NCBI GenBank assembly: GCA_018647765.1
Contig: JABGSN010000030.1
Coordinates: 549 to 64,548 of the forward strand
From: Oceanospirillaceae bacterium
GTDB taxonomy: Bacteria; Pseudomonadota; Gammaproteobacteria; Pseudomonadales; Balneatricaceae
Length of the DNA: 64,000 nt
Reading direction: 5' to 3'
Shown piece by piece: positions 9,923 through 19,384 of the stretch. The translations under genes and the position numbers were made by a program. The notes beneath the pieces are model-generated. The model did not search any database, was not told the origin of the DNA, and saw only the letters and a program-made list of their open reading frames with translations. Each line of letters begins with the position of its first letter. Position 1 is the stretch's first letter.

Positions 9923-11215
9923 CTACCGACCTAGGCGCCTGCCAAACCAATGGGCTACACGCGCACCGGTATTGTAGTAGTGCGCTTTAATAGGCGCAAA
10001 ATGATCAGCTTTAGGTAAGGTGATAGCCACCGGTAAGCTAGCCGGGTCTGCACCCATGGCCCATTGGGCTGCGGCTTTACCCAGCACCGTGGCAGGGCCA
10101 ATGCCACGGCCGCTATAACCGTAAAGGCTGATCGCTTGGGGGCCGATGTGGGCTATTTTTGGCAGGTGATCTGGGGTCATGGCAATGCAGCCACTCCAGG
10201 CATACTGGAATTGATAATCGGTGACTTGCGGGAATAAGGCCCTGAGTTGCCGGTGGGCCCAATTGACGTGGGTTTGTTTGCCCGCGTCTTCAACACAACC
10301 TACACCACCAATAATAAGCCGTCCCGCATTATCCAGCCTAAACGACGACATCACCTGCGCCGTGTCCCAACAGCCTTCGCCTTGGGGCAAGATATGAGCG
10401 CGTTGCTGCGTGCTTAACGGCTGGGTGGCAAACTGGCAAAAGTGCACCGGCGTATGGTGAGGTGTAGCGGTTAAGTTTAGGTCATAGGCATTGGTGGCCA
10501 GTATGAGCTGGTTAGCGTTAATGCTGCCCGTGGCTGTGGTTACGCGCCATTGGTTATCGTCATGGTGGTAACTCAATGCTGGGGATTGTGGGTAAATATG
10601 TGCTCCAGCCGCAACCGCCGCGTGGGCTAAGCCAAAAGCATAGTTTAACGGTTGTATGGTGCCTGCACGCGGGTCAAACAAAGCGCCGATAAATTGGCCC
10701 GACCCTGTGCGAGTTTCAGTGGTGTTAGCGTCTAGCAGTTGTACTGGCGCATGGCGTTTTTGTTGTTGGGCTAAGCGGCGCTTTAGATCTGCCAAACCGA
10801 CACTGTTGTTAGCGCAATGAAGGGTACCATTACGCACCGGTTGGCAATCAATCTGGTGTTGTTCGATTAGCTGAAATACAAGATCGGGTGCCGCGGCGAG
10901 CGCTTGGTTGAGGGTGTGCCCTGCATGGTGGCCCAGTTGAGCTTCCACTTGGTCTGGCGGTACCCATAACCCGGCATTGACTAAGCCGACGTTGCGGCCA
11001 GACCCGCCAAATCCAATAGAATGGGCCTCTACAACCTGAACATCAACACCTTGTTGTGCCAAATGTAGGGCTGCAGACAAGCCGCTGTAGCCGCCACCAA
11101 TAATCACCACGTCAGTGGTCACGTGCGCCTCTAACGGAGGGCTAGCAAAGGTATTGCTAGTGCTGGCACGCCAGAGGCTATGGGCAGGGGTTGAATGGGC
11201 AAGAGTGGGGTTCAA
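9923..11215 (-). CDS. FAD-dependent amine oxidoreductase, L-pipecolate-oxidase-like (DadA/OrdL family)
   Basis: 430 aa; GGGYSGLSAA, GFGGSGRNVGLVNAGLW, LFDPRAGTIQP, WDT..VMSSFRLD, GYSGRG resemble Pseudomonas pipecolate oxidase as recalled; substrate not provable. Confidence 0.65.
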   Translation of the reverse strand: MNPTLAHSTPAHSLWRASTSNTFASPPLEAHVTTDVVIIGGGYSGLSAALHLAQQGVDVQVVEAHSIGFGGSGRNVGLVNAGLWVPPDQVEAQLGHHAGHTLNQALAAAPDLVFQLIEQHQIDCQPVRNGTLHCANNSVGLADLKRRLAQQQKRHAPVQLLDANTTETRTGSGQFIGALFDPRAGTIQPLNYAFGLAHAAVAAGAHIYPQSPALSYHHDDNQWRVTTATGSINANQLILATNAYDLNLTATPHHTPVHFCQFATQPLSTQQRAHILPQGEGCWDTAQVMSSFRLDNAGRLIIGGVGCVEDAGKQTHVNWAHRQLRALFPQVTDYQFQYAWSGCIAMTPDHLPKIAHIGPQAISLYGYSGRGIGPATVLGKAAAQWAMGADPASLPVAITLPKADHFAPIKAHYYNTGARVAHWFGRRLGR

Positions 11216-11221
11216 CGGCGA

Positions 11222-12643
11222 TTACCTGACGAAAACTTTCAAAAATGCATTAACCCGAGCACCATAGGGGGGATACAAGTTGGATAAGGTAGATTTGCGG
11301 GCCTGCTTAAAAATTGGGCGTAACTTACTCATGGTCATAAACCCTTCCATACCATGGTAGTGCCCCATGCCACTTTCGCCCACACCGCCAAACGGTAGGT
11401 CGTGTTGGCTAACCTGCAAGGTGGTGTCGTTGATACACACGCCTCCGGAGCGGGTTTTGTTAATCACGTCTGTTTGTAGCTGTTTATCATGGCTGAATAA
11501 ATACAAGCCTAAAGGGCGAGCGTGGCGATTAACATAGTCCAGTACATCGTTCATGTGAGTGTAAGTCATGATGGGTAATAGGGGGCCAAAAACCTCTTCC
11601 TGCATGACTCTCATATTATCGTTTACGTCGGTTAATAAGGTCGGTGCAAGCTTACGCATCGTGTCGTCGTGGGTGTCACCCATAACCATGGGAATGGCTT
11701 GGGCACCCAGCGCAGAGGCATCGGCTAGGGTACTGTTAAGACGTTGATAAGCTGCTTCATCAATAACCGAGGTGTAGTCGGGGCTACTGATGTTGGGGTA
11801 GCGAGTATTCACAATGCGTTTAGCGGCTGCTACAAATTCGTTTACCTTGCCCTCGGGCACAAACAGGTAATCAGGCGCTACGCAGGTTTGGCCAGCGTTG
11901 AGGCACTTAAAAAACAACAAACGTTCAGCCGCTTTGGTAATAGGGTAGTCGGGGGCAATAATAGCCGGTGATTTACCACCCAATTCCAAAGTTACCGGGG
12001 TGAGGTTGTTGGCCGCCGCACGCATTACTTGGCGGCCGGTACTCCCGGAACCGGTAAACACTAAATGATCAAACGGTAGGGCGGAAAAATCGGAGCCTTT
12101 GGCGCCGGGTATAATGGTAATCATGTCCTCAGCAAAGGTTTCTGCAAACAAAGCCTGTAACAAATGGCATAAATTCGACGAGTTGGCCGCCATTTTTATC
12201 ATGCAGCGGTTACCCGCAGCAATGGCGCATACCAATGGGCTAATACATAGAAATAAAGGGTAGTTCCACGGTACCACAATACCCACTACGCCTAGCGGCT
12301 GCGGAATTACAGTGTTACGGGCACCTAAGGCCCAAATGCCGACGGATCGTTTTTGGGTTTTCATCCACTTGGATAGCTTTTTTCGCGCATGGTTAATGCC
12401 ATCGATGGATGGAAAAATTTCGGCTAAACGGGTTTCTTGGTGCGCCCGATGGCCGTAGTCCTTACAGATGGCGTCTACTATGGCCTGTTGGTTGGCCATA
12501 ATCAGCGATTTAAGCGTGTCTAAGGTGTGCTGGCGCTGTGCTAGGGTTGGGATGCCCTGGGATAAATAGGCCGATTGTTGCTTGGCAAGCGTAGCTCTGA
12601 GCTGGTCCGCGTTGACCTGAGGCGGGTTTAAGGGTGTTGACAT
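11222..12643 (-). CDS. Coniferyl-aldehyde-dehydrogenase-like (CalB/ALDH3) aldehyde dehydrogenase
   Basis: 473 aa; PQPLGVVGIVVPWNYP, FTGSG, LELGGKSP, NAGQTCVAPDY, EEVFGP, PFGGVGESGMG. Confidence 0.8.
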   Translation of the reverse strand: MSTPLNPPQVNADQLRATLAKQQSAYLSQGIPTLAQRQHTLDTLKSLIMANQQAIVDAICKDYGHRAHQETRLAEIFPSIDGINHARKKLSKWMKTQKRSVGIWALGARNTVIPQPLGVVGIVVPWNYPLFLCISPLVCAIAAGNRCMIKMAANSSNLCHLLQALFAETFAEDMITIIPGAKGSDFSALPFDHLVFTGSGSTGRQVMRAAANNLTPVTLELGGKSPAIIAPDYPITKAAERLLFFKCLNAGQTCVAPDYLFVPEGKVNEFVAAAKRIVNTRYPNISSPDYTSVIDEAAYQRLNSTLADASALGAQAIPMVMGDTHDDTMRKLAPTLLTDVNDNMRVMQEEVFGPLLPIMTYTHMNDVLDYVNRHARPLGLYLFSHDKQLQTDVINKTRSGGVCINDTTLQVSQHDLPFGGVGESGMGHYHGMEGFMTMSKLRPIFKQARKSTLSNLYPPYGARVNAFLKVFVR

Positions 12644-12673
12644 GCGGTGAGTTCCTGTTGCTGATAGAGCTAG

Positions 12674-12690
12674 TATGATTCGGAATCATA
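12674..12690. promoter_or_regulatory. Palindromic operator candidate upstream of the CalB-like gene
   Basis: TATGATTC-G-GAATCATA, about 30 bp upstream of the start codon. Confidence 0.5.
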
Positions 12691-12742
12691 ACCAAACCAA
12701 CAACAGAATACTGCAGGTGACCGTAAAACCACAATACTGTTT

Positions 12743-12903
12743 GTCTTTGCGAGCGTAGCGAAGCAATCCAAACCCGCAGGTTATGGGCTGCCACGTGGGC
12801 CTGCCCCATGAGCGCAGCGAGTGCTTTGGGTACACTTCGTTCCTCGGCAATTGCTCCTGCATTGCCCTACTAAGCTACATCCATGTACCGATCGCAGAGA
12901 CGG
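12743..12903. repeat. REP-like element, long form, copy B
   Basis: GTCTTTGCGAGCGTAGCGAAGCAATCC...GGCAATTGCTCCTGCATTGCCCTACTAAGCTACATCCATGTACCGATCGCAGAGACG; long insert shared with copies D and H. Confidence 0.85.
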
Positions 12904-12933
12904 GTCTTGAATTGTGTCATCGACCAACTCAAA

Positions 12934-12993
12934 TCAACGCTTTAGGTCGCGATAAATATTTTCATAACGCCACTCGCTATAAGGTGGGCCTAG
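12934..12993 (-). pseudogene. Relic C-terminus of a RelE/ParE-type toxin
   Basis: Minus-strand frame reads LGPPYSEWRYENIYRDLKR*, resembling the ...LG.HENFYRDLKR* end of toxins paired with ParD-like antitoxins; no start codon or N-terminal part remains. Confidence 0.55.
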
Positions 12994-13202
12994 TTAATGA
13001 CGAATTCAAAAGCCGAGTTTTCTTCATCTAACGCAACTAAGGTATCGCGTATAAATTCAATGGGTAAGTCGGGATTGTCTAAGGCAGCGCGGCCGACCCG
13101 AGCCCAAAATTCAATCTGGCTAGGAATGGTACGAAGCTCTGCTTTAGATTGAACTTTGGCTTGTTGGTACAGGTCGTCTGTAATATGGATTGAAATACTC
13201 AT
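12990..13202 (-). CDS. ParD-like antitoxin (type II TA, RHH-like)
   Basis: 70 aa MSISIHITDDLYQQAKVQSKAELRTIPSQIEFWARVGRAALDNPDLPIEFIRDTL; the RT.PxQIEFWAxxGRxxxDNPDLP signature. Start refined to ATG 13202. Confidence 0.85.
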   Translation of the reverse strand: MSISIHITDDLYQQAKVQSKAELRTIPSQIEFWARVGRAALDNPDLPIEFIRDTLVALDEENSAFEFVIN

Positions 13203-13219
13203 GTTAGTCACCTTCATTG

Positions 13220-13241
13220 CTTTACTACAATTGTAGTAAAG
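13220..13241. promoter_or_regulatory. Perfect 22-bp palindrome, probable TA autoregulatory operator
   Basis: CTTTACTACAATTGTAGTAAAG is its own reverse complement and lies 18-39 bp upstream of the antitoxin ATG. Confidence 0.7.
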
Positions 13242-13300
13242 TCGCATGAGAACACACAGCAAATGGGAATTATATGCAGGGTATGGCTTTTAGTATTGCG

Positions 13301-13366
13301 GCCTTGGGCTGTCGCAGGCCTGCGGCCCTCGATTTTCTCATGGGGCAGGCTCAGCGCAGTGCAGCG
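13301..13366. repeat. Degenerate REP-related element, copy C
   Basis: CTCATGGGGCAGGC (13337-13350) is the exact reverse complement of GCCTGCCCCATGAG (12799-12812) in copy B; also contains GCAGGCCTGC and CAGCGCAGTGCAGCG. Confidence 0.55.
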
Positions 13367-13369
13367 GTG

Positions 13370-15415
13370 TTAGGGCAATCGGCGTTCTACTAAGGTGAGG
13401 ATGCTGTAGAGCGCTACCGGCGTGTCGTGCTGGTTGCGGACTTCTACATCCCATTCCACTACACCTGTGGGCTTTTTATCATCAGGACGTTGGTCTTTAT
13501 AGGTTTTTTGTTTGCAGCTTAGACGCACTTGGATGGTATCACCAATGCATACGGGTTCCACAAAACGTAAGTTTTCTAAGCCATAGTTAGCTAAAACTGG
13601 GCCCGGTGAAGGTTCTACAAACATACCCGCGGCGGCCGAAATGACAAAATAACCATGGGCTACACGTTCTCCAAACAAGGAGTCCTTGGCGGCAATTTCG
13701 TCGAAGTGAGCGTAAAAGTGGTCGCCAGACAGGCAACCAAAATTAACGATGTCGGCTTCGGTTACCGTGCGTCGGTGCGTGATTAAGGTTTCGCCAATTT
13801 GCAGGTCTTCAAAGTGCTTCTTAAACGGGTGCACTTGGGTGGTGATCTGTTCTGAACCGGGGTGGAATTCTTTGGTCACCGCCGTAAGCATGGTAGGGCT
13901 ACCTTGCAGTGCCGTACGTTGCATATAATGCTTTACGGCACGGATGCCACCGAGTTCTTCGCCGCCACCAGCACGGCCTGGGCCACCATGGACCAACATA
14001 GGCAAAGGTGAGCCGTGACCAGTGGATTCTTTTGCACAGGCTTGGTTGAGCACTAACAAACGGCCATGGTAGGCAGCGGTGCCAAGCACAATTTGTTGGG
14101 CTTCTATGGGGTCGTCACTGACTAACGAACCCACTAAGCTGCCACGGCCTAATTTGGTGATGGCAATGGCTTCGTCGATGTTATTGTAAGGCATTAATAC
14201 TGACACGGGGCCAAAGGCTTCTACTTCGTGGGGTAGGGTGGCCGTAAGCGGGTTATCGCAAACCAACAAGGTGGCGGGGAAAAAGGCGCCGCCTTCTCGG
14301 TTGCCACTATGCAGGGCAAAGTCTTGGCTGCCACCGTATATCACTTGGGTATGTTGCTTTAACCGGTTTAGCTGATCCCACGTGTCGGCCACTTGGTCGC
14401 GGCCAACGAGTGGCCCCATACGCACGCCTTCTTGTGCTGGGTCGCCCATGGTCATTTTTTGCAAACGACCAATCACTGCGGTGGATACGGCGTCCATCAA
14501 GTTTGCAGGCACAATGGCACGGCGAATAGCGGTACACTTTTGGCCGGCTTTGACGGTCATTTCGGTGACTAAAGACTTCACGAAGAGGTCAAATTCTGGA
14601 GTGTCTGGCGTGGCTTGCTGGCCCAGAATACTGTAGTTAAGCGAATCGGCTTCCATGGTGAAGGGAATGCTGTTGGCCATGATGTTGGCATGGCTTTTTA
14701 GCTTTTGGCCGGTGACAGCGGAGCCGGTAAAGGTGACGACGTCTTGTTCGTTAAGTTGATCTAAAAGATCGCCTACACCACCACAAATGAGCTGGATGGC
14801 ACCTTCGGGTAACAAACCAGACTCTACAATGGCTTTGACCATAAGCTGGGTAAGGTAACAGGACACGCTAGCAGGTTTAACGATGACGGGGACACCAGCA
14901 GCTAAGCTGGGCGCGATTTTTTCTAACATGCCCCAGCAGGGGAAGTTAAAGGCGTTAATGTGTACCGCCACACCCTCTTTAGGCACCAAAATATGGCGGC
15001 CTACAAATGAGCCGCCAGCAGACAAAGCTTCGGATGGGCCTTCTATGGCATAGGTTTCGTTAGAAAACTCACGACGCACCATGCCCGAATAACTAAATAG
15101 GGTTTGAATGCCGCCTTCAATGTCTACCCAGCTGTCCAATTGTGTGGCGCCGGTGCAGGCAGATAAGGTGTAAAATTCTTGTTTACGCTCCAGTAGGTAT
15201 TTGCCTAGGTGCTTCAGCATATTGGCGCGTTCGTGCAGAGTCATCTGCCTTAGGGCGGTGCCGCCGACGTTACGACCATAGGTTGCCACTGCTGCAAAGT
15301 CGATACCTTGGCTGCTGATTTGAGCCACTGGGTCACCGCTAACTGCGTGGTAAATTTCTACCCCAGCATCGTTGCTGATATGCCACTGGCCATTAACGTA
15401 ACTTGATACTTTCAT
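13370..15415 (-). CDS. paaZ: Oxepin-CoA hydrolase / 3-oxo-5,6-dehydrosuberyl-CoA semialdehyde dehydrogenase
   Basis: ALDH domain (HINAFNFPCW, KAGQKCTAIRR, EAFGPV) plus MaoC domain (GDHFYAHFD, VAHGYF); start refined to MKVSSYV at 15415. Confidence 0.95.
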   Translation of the reverse strand: MKVSSYVNGQWHISNDAGVEIYHAVSGDPVAQISSQGIDFAAVATYGRNVGGTALRQMTLHERANMLKHLGKYLLERKQEFYTLSACTGATQLDSWVDIEGGIQTLFSYSGMVRREFSNETYAIEGPSEALSAGGSFVGRHILVPKEGVAVHINAFNFPCWGMLEKIAPSLAAGVPVIVKPASVSCYLTQLMVKAIVESGLLPEGAIQLICGGVGDLLDQLNEQDVVTFTGSAVTGQKLKSHANIMANSIPFTMEADSLNYSILGQQATPDTPEFDLFVKSLVTEMTVKAGQKCTAIRRAIVPANLMDAVSTAVIGRLQKMTMGDPAQEGVRMGPLVGRDQVADTWDQLNRLKQHTQVIYGGSQDFALHSGNREGGAFFPATLLVCDNPLTATLPHEVEAFGPVSVLMPYNNIDEAIAITKLGRGSLVGSLVSDDPIEAQQIVLGTAAYHGRLLVLNQACAKESTGHGSPLPMLVHGGPGRAGGGEELGGIRAVKHYMQRTALQGSPTMLTAVTKEFHPGSEQITTQVHPFKKHFEDLQIGETLITHRRTVTEADIVNFGCLSGDHFYAHFDEIAAKDSLFGERVAHGYFVISAAAGMFVEPSPGPVLANYGLENLRFVEPVCIGDTIQVRLSCKQKTYKDQRPDDKKPTGVVEWDVEVRNQHDTPVALYSILTLVERRLP

Positions 15416-15426
15416 GTGCTGGTCCT

Positions 15427-16503
15427 TTAAATGTCGTAGTCTAAGACGATATTGGCGCTGATGGGGTAACTTTGGCAACTCAGTACGTAGCCGTCTTTGA
15501 TCTCGTAGTCTTCTAAGGCGTGGTTAGTGTCCATTTCTACTTCGCCTTCGAGTATCTTGCATTTGCAGGTGGAGCAGACGCCGGCTTTACAGGCCCATGG
15601 TAGGTCTGCGCCTTCGGCAAGGCCTGCTTCAAGAATGTTTAAACTGTTGTGAGCTAACTCAAAGCTGCGGGTGTGGCCGTCGGCGCGGATACTGACCTGG
15701 CTGGTATTGGCATTGCTTTGTGTCGGTTTGCGCTTGCGTGCGGCGCTGCCCGCTGTTTGTGTGCCAAACAGTTCTAAGTGAACCTTGGCGGCCGGAATGC
15801 CGGCCTTAATTAAGGCCTGTTGGCAGTCTTTACTCATGTCTTCTGGACCACAAATAAAACATTCACTGATACGGTCTGGGTGTACCCATTGACTCAATAG
15901 GTGGTCGATCTTGTCACCATTGATGCGACCATTAAACAGGTCGATGTCTTGCTGCTCGCGGCTCATCACATAGATGACGTTGAGGCGTTGCATGTAGATG
16001 TTTTTAAGGTCTTCTAACTGTTCCCTAAAAATAACGCTGCTGGTAGCACGGTTGCCGTACACCAAGGTGACCTTGGAGGCTGCTTCGGTTTCTAACATGC
16101 TGGCGGCAATAGATAGAATAGGGGTAATGCCAGAACCTGCGGCAATGAGTAAGTACTCGCCGGCATGATGGGCATCTAAGGTGCTAGTGAAGCTGCCTTG
16201 AGGTGGCATTACATCAATTTGTTGGCCAACTTTAAGCTGCTGGTTGGCCCACGTAGAAAACTGGCCATCGGCCACTTGCTTAACGGCAACACGTAATTTT
16301 TGTTGGCCTACGCTTTCGCAAATGGAGTAGGCACGACGTACTTCCTGGCCTTCTATTTGAGTACGAAGGGTGAGGTATTGGCCTTGTTGGTAGTGGAACT
16401 TGTCGGCTAAATCGGCCGGTAAATCAAAGGCGATGGAGACGGTTTCGCGGGTCTCGTTGGTGAGTTGATTTACAGTGAGTGGGTAAAAATTCTTCATAGT
16501 CAA
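15427..16503 (-). CDS. paaE: Phenylacetyl-CoA epoxidase reductase subunit (FAD/NAD + 2Fe-2S)
   Basis: RRAYSIC, AAGSGITP, CGP, C-terminal ferredoxin ACKAGVCSTC...C. Confidence 0.95.
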   Translation of the reverse strand: MTMKNFYPLTVNQLTNETRETVSIAFDLPADLADKFHYQQGQYLTLRTQIEGQEVRRAYSICESVGQQKLRVAVKQVADGQFSTWANQQLKVGQQIDVMPPQGSFTSTLDAHHAGEYLLIAAGSGITPILSIAASMLETEAASKVTLVYGNRATSSVIFREQLEDLKNIYMQRLNVIYVMSREQQDIDLFNGRINGDKIDHLLSQWVHPDRISECFICGPEDMSKDCQQALIKAGIPAAKVHLELFGTQTAGSAARKRKPTQSNANTSQVSIRADGHTRSFELAHNSLNILEAGLAEGADLPWACKAGVCSTCKCKILEGEVEMDTNHALEDYEIKDGYVLSCQSYPISANIVLDYDI

Positions 16504-16515
16504 AGGCTCATCAAG

Positions 16516-17049
16516 TTAAATCGTTTTGAAGTAATCAAACGGTTCTAAGCAGTTATTGCAGCGGTACAGGGCTTTGCAAGCGGTTGAGCTAAACTGGTTG
16601 AGTAAGGCTACATTGCGGCTGTCGCACTGGGGGCAGGCTAAGGTGGTAATGTTGTCGAGGGGCGGTGCAATGCCTGCCTCTTTTAGTGCTGCGCGGCCTT
16701 TGGGCGTCATCCAAGAGCTGCACCAAGCCGGTGCTAACACGGTTTCAACGCGGTTCGGCACGCCGGCACGCTTAAGTGTGTGGTGTACTTCGCTGGCAAT
16801 AAAGTCGGTAGCGGGGCAGCCGGAGTAGGTGGGGGTCACTTGCACTAGCCATTGTGGCTCTTGTGCAATGTTGGCTGGCTGTAGCTCGGCGCTACGCACA
16901 ATGCCTAAGTCCACCACACTCACCATTGGTAGTTCTGGGTCTGGCACCAGTTCTAACAATTGCCACACCTGGCTTGCTGTCGGTGTGGCGTGATGAAAGT
17001 CGAGCTGACGGCCACGATCCGTGGAAATCAGCGTTTGCACTTCTACCAT
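16516..17049 (-). CDS. paaD: Phenylacetyl-CoA epoxidase subunit PaaD
   Basis: VPDPELP..SVVDLGIVR, TPTYSGCPA, CPQCDS, STACKALYRC..CLEPFDYFK. Confidence 0.95.
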   Translation of the reverse strand: MVEVQTLISTDRGRQLDFHHATPTASQVWQLLELVPDPELPMVSVVDLGIVRSAELQPANIAQEPQWLVQVTPTYSGCPATDFIASEVHHTLKRAGVPNRVETVLAPAWCSSWMTPKGRAALKEAGIAPPLDNITTLACPQCDSRNVALLNQFSSTACKALYRCNNCLEPFDYFKTI

Positions 17050-17819
17050 ACGGCACCAGGGTGGGCGCGATACAGACTTTGCATTTCGGCTAACATTAAA
17101 CCAAATGGTTCGCTGTGCTCACCTTGCTTACCACCAAATTTTTGGAAGCAATCGGTGGGCTGCGTTAGCGTGGCTTCAGTTAGGGTTTGGCCTACCGTGG
17201 CACGCCATTGGTCTTCAATGTTGGCTTGATTAGCGGCAATGCCTTGGGCGACGAGTTGTAGTTCGTCGTCGCCTTGTACAAATAACTCGTCGGTATAGGA
17301 CCACAAGTCATTGATGGCCGACTGCATGTATTCGTGGCTCTGCTGGGTACCATCACCTAAGCGAATCACCCAGTTACGCGAACGTTGTTCGTGGTAATCC
17401 ACCTCTTTGATGGACTTAGCCGCAATGGCAGCAATTTGGCTGTCTTGGCTTTGGCATAGGGCCTTTAGCGTGAGGCGATGCCACACATCAAACAAGTATT
17501 GGCGGGCCATGGAGTCGGCAAAGTTACCGTTACCTTGTTCGCACAATAGTAGGTTTAAAAAATGGCGTTCGTCGCGGCCCATGGCTAGGGCATCGCAATC
17601 ACCCAGCTCTGGGTTGTTGGCGACGGCATAGTCGAGCCAATTTCGCGCTTGACCAAAGAGGTCGAGGCTGGTGTTCATGAGCGCCGTTTCTTCTTCTAAG
17701 ATCGGTGCGTGGGTACACAATTCACACAAGCGTTGGCCCAGTACTAATGAGTTGTCGGCCATGTGCAGGATGTACTGGTTGAGTGAGTCGTGGCCTTGAG
17801 TGGCGTAACAGTCGCTCAT
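17043..17819 (-). CDS. paaC: Phenylacetyl-CoA epoxidase structural subunit
   Basis: ADNSLVLGQRL, APILEEE.AL.N..LD, KSIKEVDYH. Confidence 0.95.
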   Translation of the reverse strand: MSDCYATQGHDSLNQYILHMADNSLVLGQRLCELCTHAPILEEETALMNTSLDLFGQARNWLDYAVANNPELGDCDALAMGRDERHFLNLLLCEQGNGNFADSMARQYLFDVWHRLTLKALCQSQDSQIAAIAAKSIKEVDYHEQRSRNWVIRLGDGTQQSHEYMQSAINDLWSYTDELFVQGDDELQLVAQGIAANQANIEDQWRATVGQTLTEATLTQPTDCFQKFGGKQGEHSEPFGLMLAEMQSLYRAHPGAVW

Positions 17820-18106
17820 TACATTTTATCCACGCTGGCAGGCAGCTGGTAAAATGATGGGTGGCGATAAATCTTTTCTATCGGCGAAGTAAACATGGCG
17901 TCTTTTTGCTCTGGCGCACTGGCGCAAATGGCGTTGGAATTAACCACCCAAATGCTGGTACCTTCGTTACGGCGAGTGTATAACTCCCGGGCATTTTCCA
18001 TGGCCATGGTTTCGTCTGCGGCGTGTACGCTACCGACATGTTTGTGGCTTAAGCCATGACGGCTGCGGATAAACACTTCGTATAAAGGCCAGTCTGTTTT
18101 GTTCAT
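17819..18106 (-). CDS. paaB: Phenylacetyl-CoA epoxidase subunit PaaB
   Basis: WPLYEVFIR..HGLSHKHVGS.HAAD, ARELYTRRNEGTSIWVV; start refined to 18106. Confidence 0.95.
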   Translation of the reverse strand: MNKTDWPLYEVFIRSRHGLSHKHVGSVHAADETMAMENARELYTRRNEGTSIWVVNSNAICASAPEQKDAMFTSPIEKIYRHPSFYQLPASVDKM

Positions 18107-18108
18107 GT

Positions 18109-19122
18109 TTATGCCACCTTGTTGGTATTGGATTGTTGGGACTTGATGTTGGCTTGTTTGTCTGCATAGGCGATCGCGGCTTCTCTCACCCAAGCGCCAT
18201 TTTCGTGGGCTTGGACTTTGCGCGCTAAGCGTTGTTTGTTGCAGGGGCCATTGCCTTTAATAACGGCAAAAAACTCGGTCCAGTCAATGGTGCCGTAATC
18301 GTAATGGCCAGTTGCTTCATTCCACTTAAGATCTGGGTCTGGCACGGTGCAGCCAAGGACTTCGAGCTGGGGTATGGTTTGGTCGATAAATTGCTGGCGA
18401 ATTTCGTCGTTGCCTTTACGTTTAATCTTCCACGCCATGGATTGCGCCGAGTTAGGCGATTCGTCATCCGTAGGGCCAAACATCATTAACGATGGCCACC
18501 ACAGGCGATTAATGGAGTCTTGCACCATGTCTTTTTGTGCCTGAGTGCCTTGTTTCATCATGGTAAGAAGCAGCTCATAACCTTGGCGTTGGTGAAAGCT
18601 TTCCTCTTTACAGATACGCACCATGGCCCGTGCATAAGGGCCGTATGAAGTACGCTGTAGCATCACCTGGTTAACAATGGCCGCACCATCCACTAACCAA
18701 CCCACGGCGCCAATGTCGGCCCAGCTTAGGGTAGGGTAGTTAAAAATACTGGAGTATTTGGCTTTGCCAGTGTGTAAGTCGTCTAGCATTTGCGAACGGC
18801 TGGTACCTAAGGTCTCGGCGGCACTGTAAAGGTACAAGCCATGGCCACATTCGTCTTGAATTTTGGCCGCCAGCTGTAGCTTGCGCTTTAGGGTTGGCGC
18901 ACGGGTGAGCCAGTTGCCTTCGGGTTGCATACCAATGATTTCTGAATGGGCATGCTGAGAAATCTGCCGTACTAAGGTTTTGCGGTAGGCGTCGGGCATC
19001 CAACTTTGCGGTTCGATTTTGTTTTCAATATCAATTTGCTGCATAAACGCCGCTTCTTGGGCGTCCATGTCGGCACGGTCTTTGATTTGCTTAACATCGG
19101 TTTCAACCATTTGTGCATACAT
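18109..19122 (-). CDS. paaA: Phenylacetyl-CoA epoxidase catalytic subunit
   Basis: [49 protein letters not shown]. Confidence 0.97.
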   Translation of the reverse strand: MYAQMVETDVKQIKDRADMDAQEAAFMQQIDIENKIEPQSWMPDAYRKTLVRQISQHAHSEIIGMQPEGNWLTRAPTLKRKLQLAAKIQDECGHGLYLYSAAETLGTSRSQMLDDLHTGKAKYSSIFNYPTLSWADIGAVGWLVDGAAIVNQVMLQRTSYGPYARAMVRICKEESFHQRQGYELLLTMMKQGTQAQKDMVQDSINRLWWPSLMMFGPTDDESPNSAQSMAWKIKRKGNDEIRQQFIDQTIPQLEVLGCTVPDPDLKWNEATGHYDYGTIDWTEFFAVIKGNGPCNKQRLARKVQAHENGAWVREAAIAYADKQANIKSQQSNTNKVA

Positions 19123-19150
19123 AGGGGGGCTTCCTCGTAAATTCTTGGTA

Positions 19151-19194
19151 AATGATACAATAAATTTAATTTATGTCAATATTTTTGTATCATT
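19151..19194. promoter_or_regulatory. PaaX-type operator upstream of paaA
   Basis: AATGATACAA...TTGTATCATT, 10-bp perfect arms, core GATACA-N26-TGTATC; matches the Pseudomonas sp. Y2 PaaX site as recalled. Confidence 0.75.
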
Positions 19195-19198
19195 TAAT

Positions 19199-19379
19199 GG
19201 GTTGCCAAGTTGCTGCGCGCCTCGCAATGACGAAACGGTGTCTTTGCGAGCGCAGCGAAGCAATCCAAGTCCGCGGTATATGGATTGCCGCAAGCCTTAG
19301 GCCTTCGGCAATTGCTCATGCATTGCTCTACTAAGCTACATCCCTGTAGCGATCGCAAAGACGGGAAATCGCAGAGACG
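19199..19379. repeat. REP-like composite element, copy D
   Basis: Right arm CGCGCCTCGCAATGACG followed by GTCTTTGCGAGCGCAGCGAAGCAATCC-aagtccgcggtata-TGGATTGCC...CTACTAAGCTACATCCCTGTAGCGATCGCAAAGACG. Confidence 0.85.
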
Positions 19380-19384
19380 TTGTG

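Noticed and set aside
12783-13031. 82-aa plus-strand ORF
   Set aside because: It is mostly a translation of REP copy B and is antisense to the toxin relic and antitoxin end.
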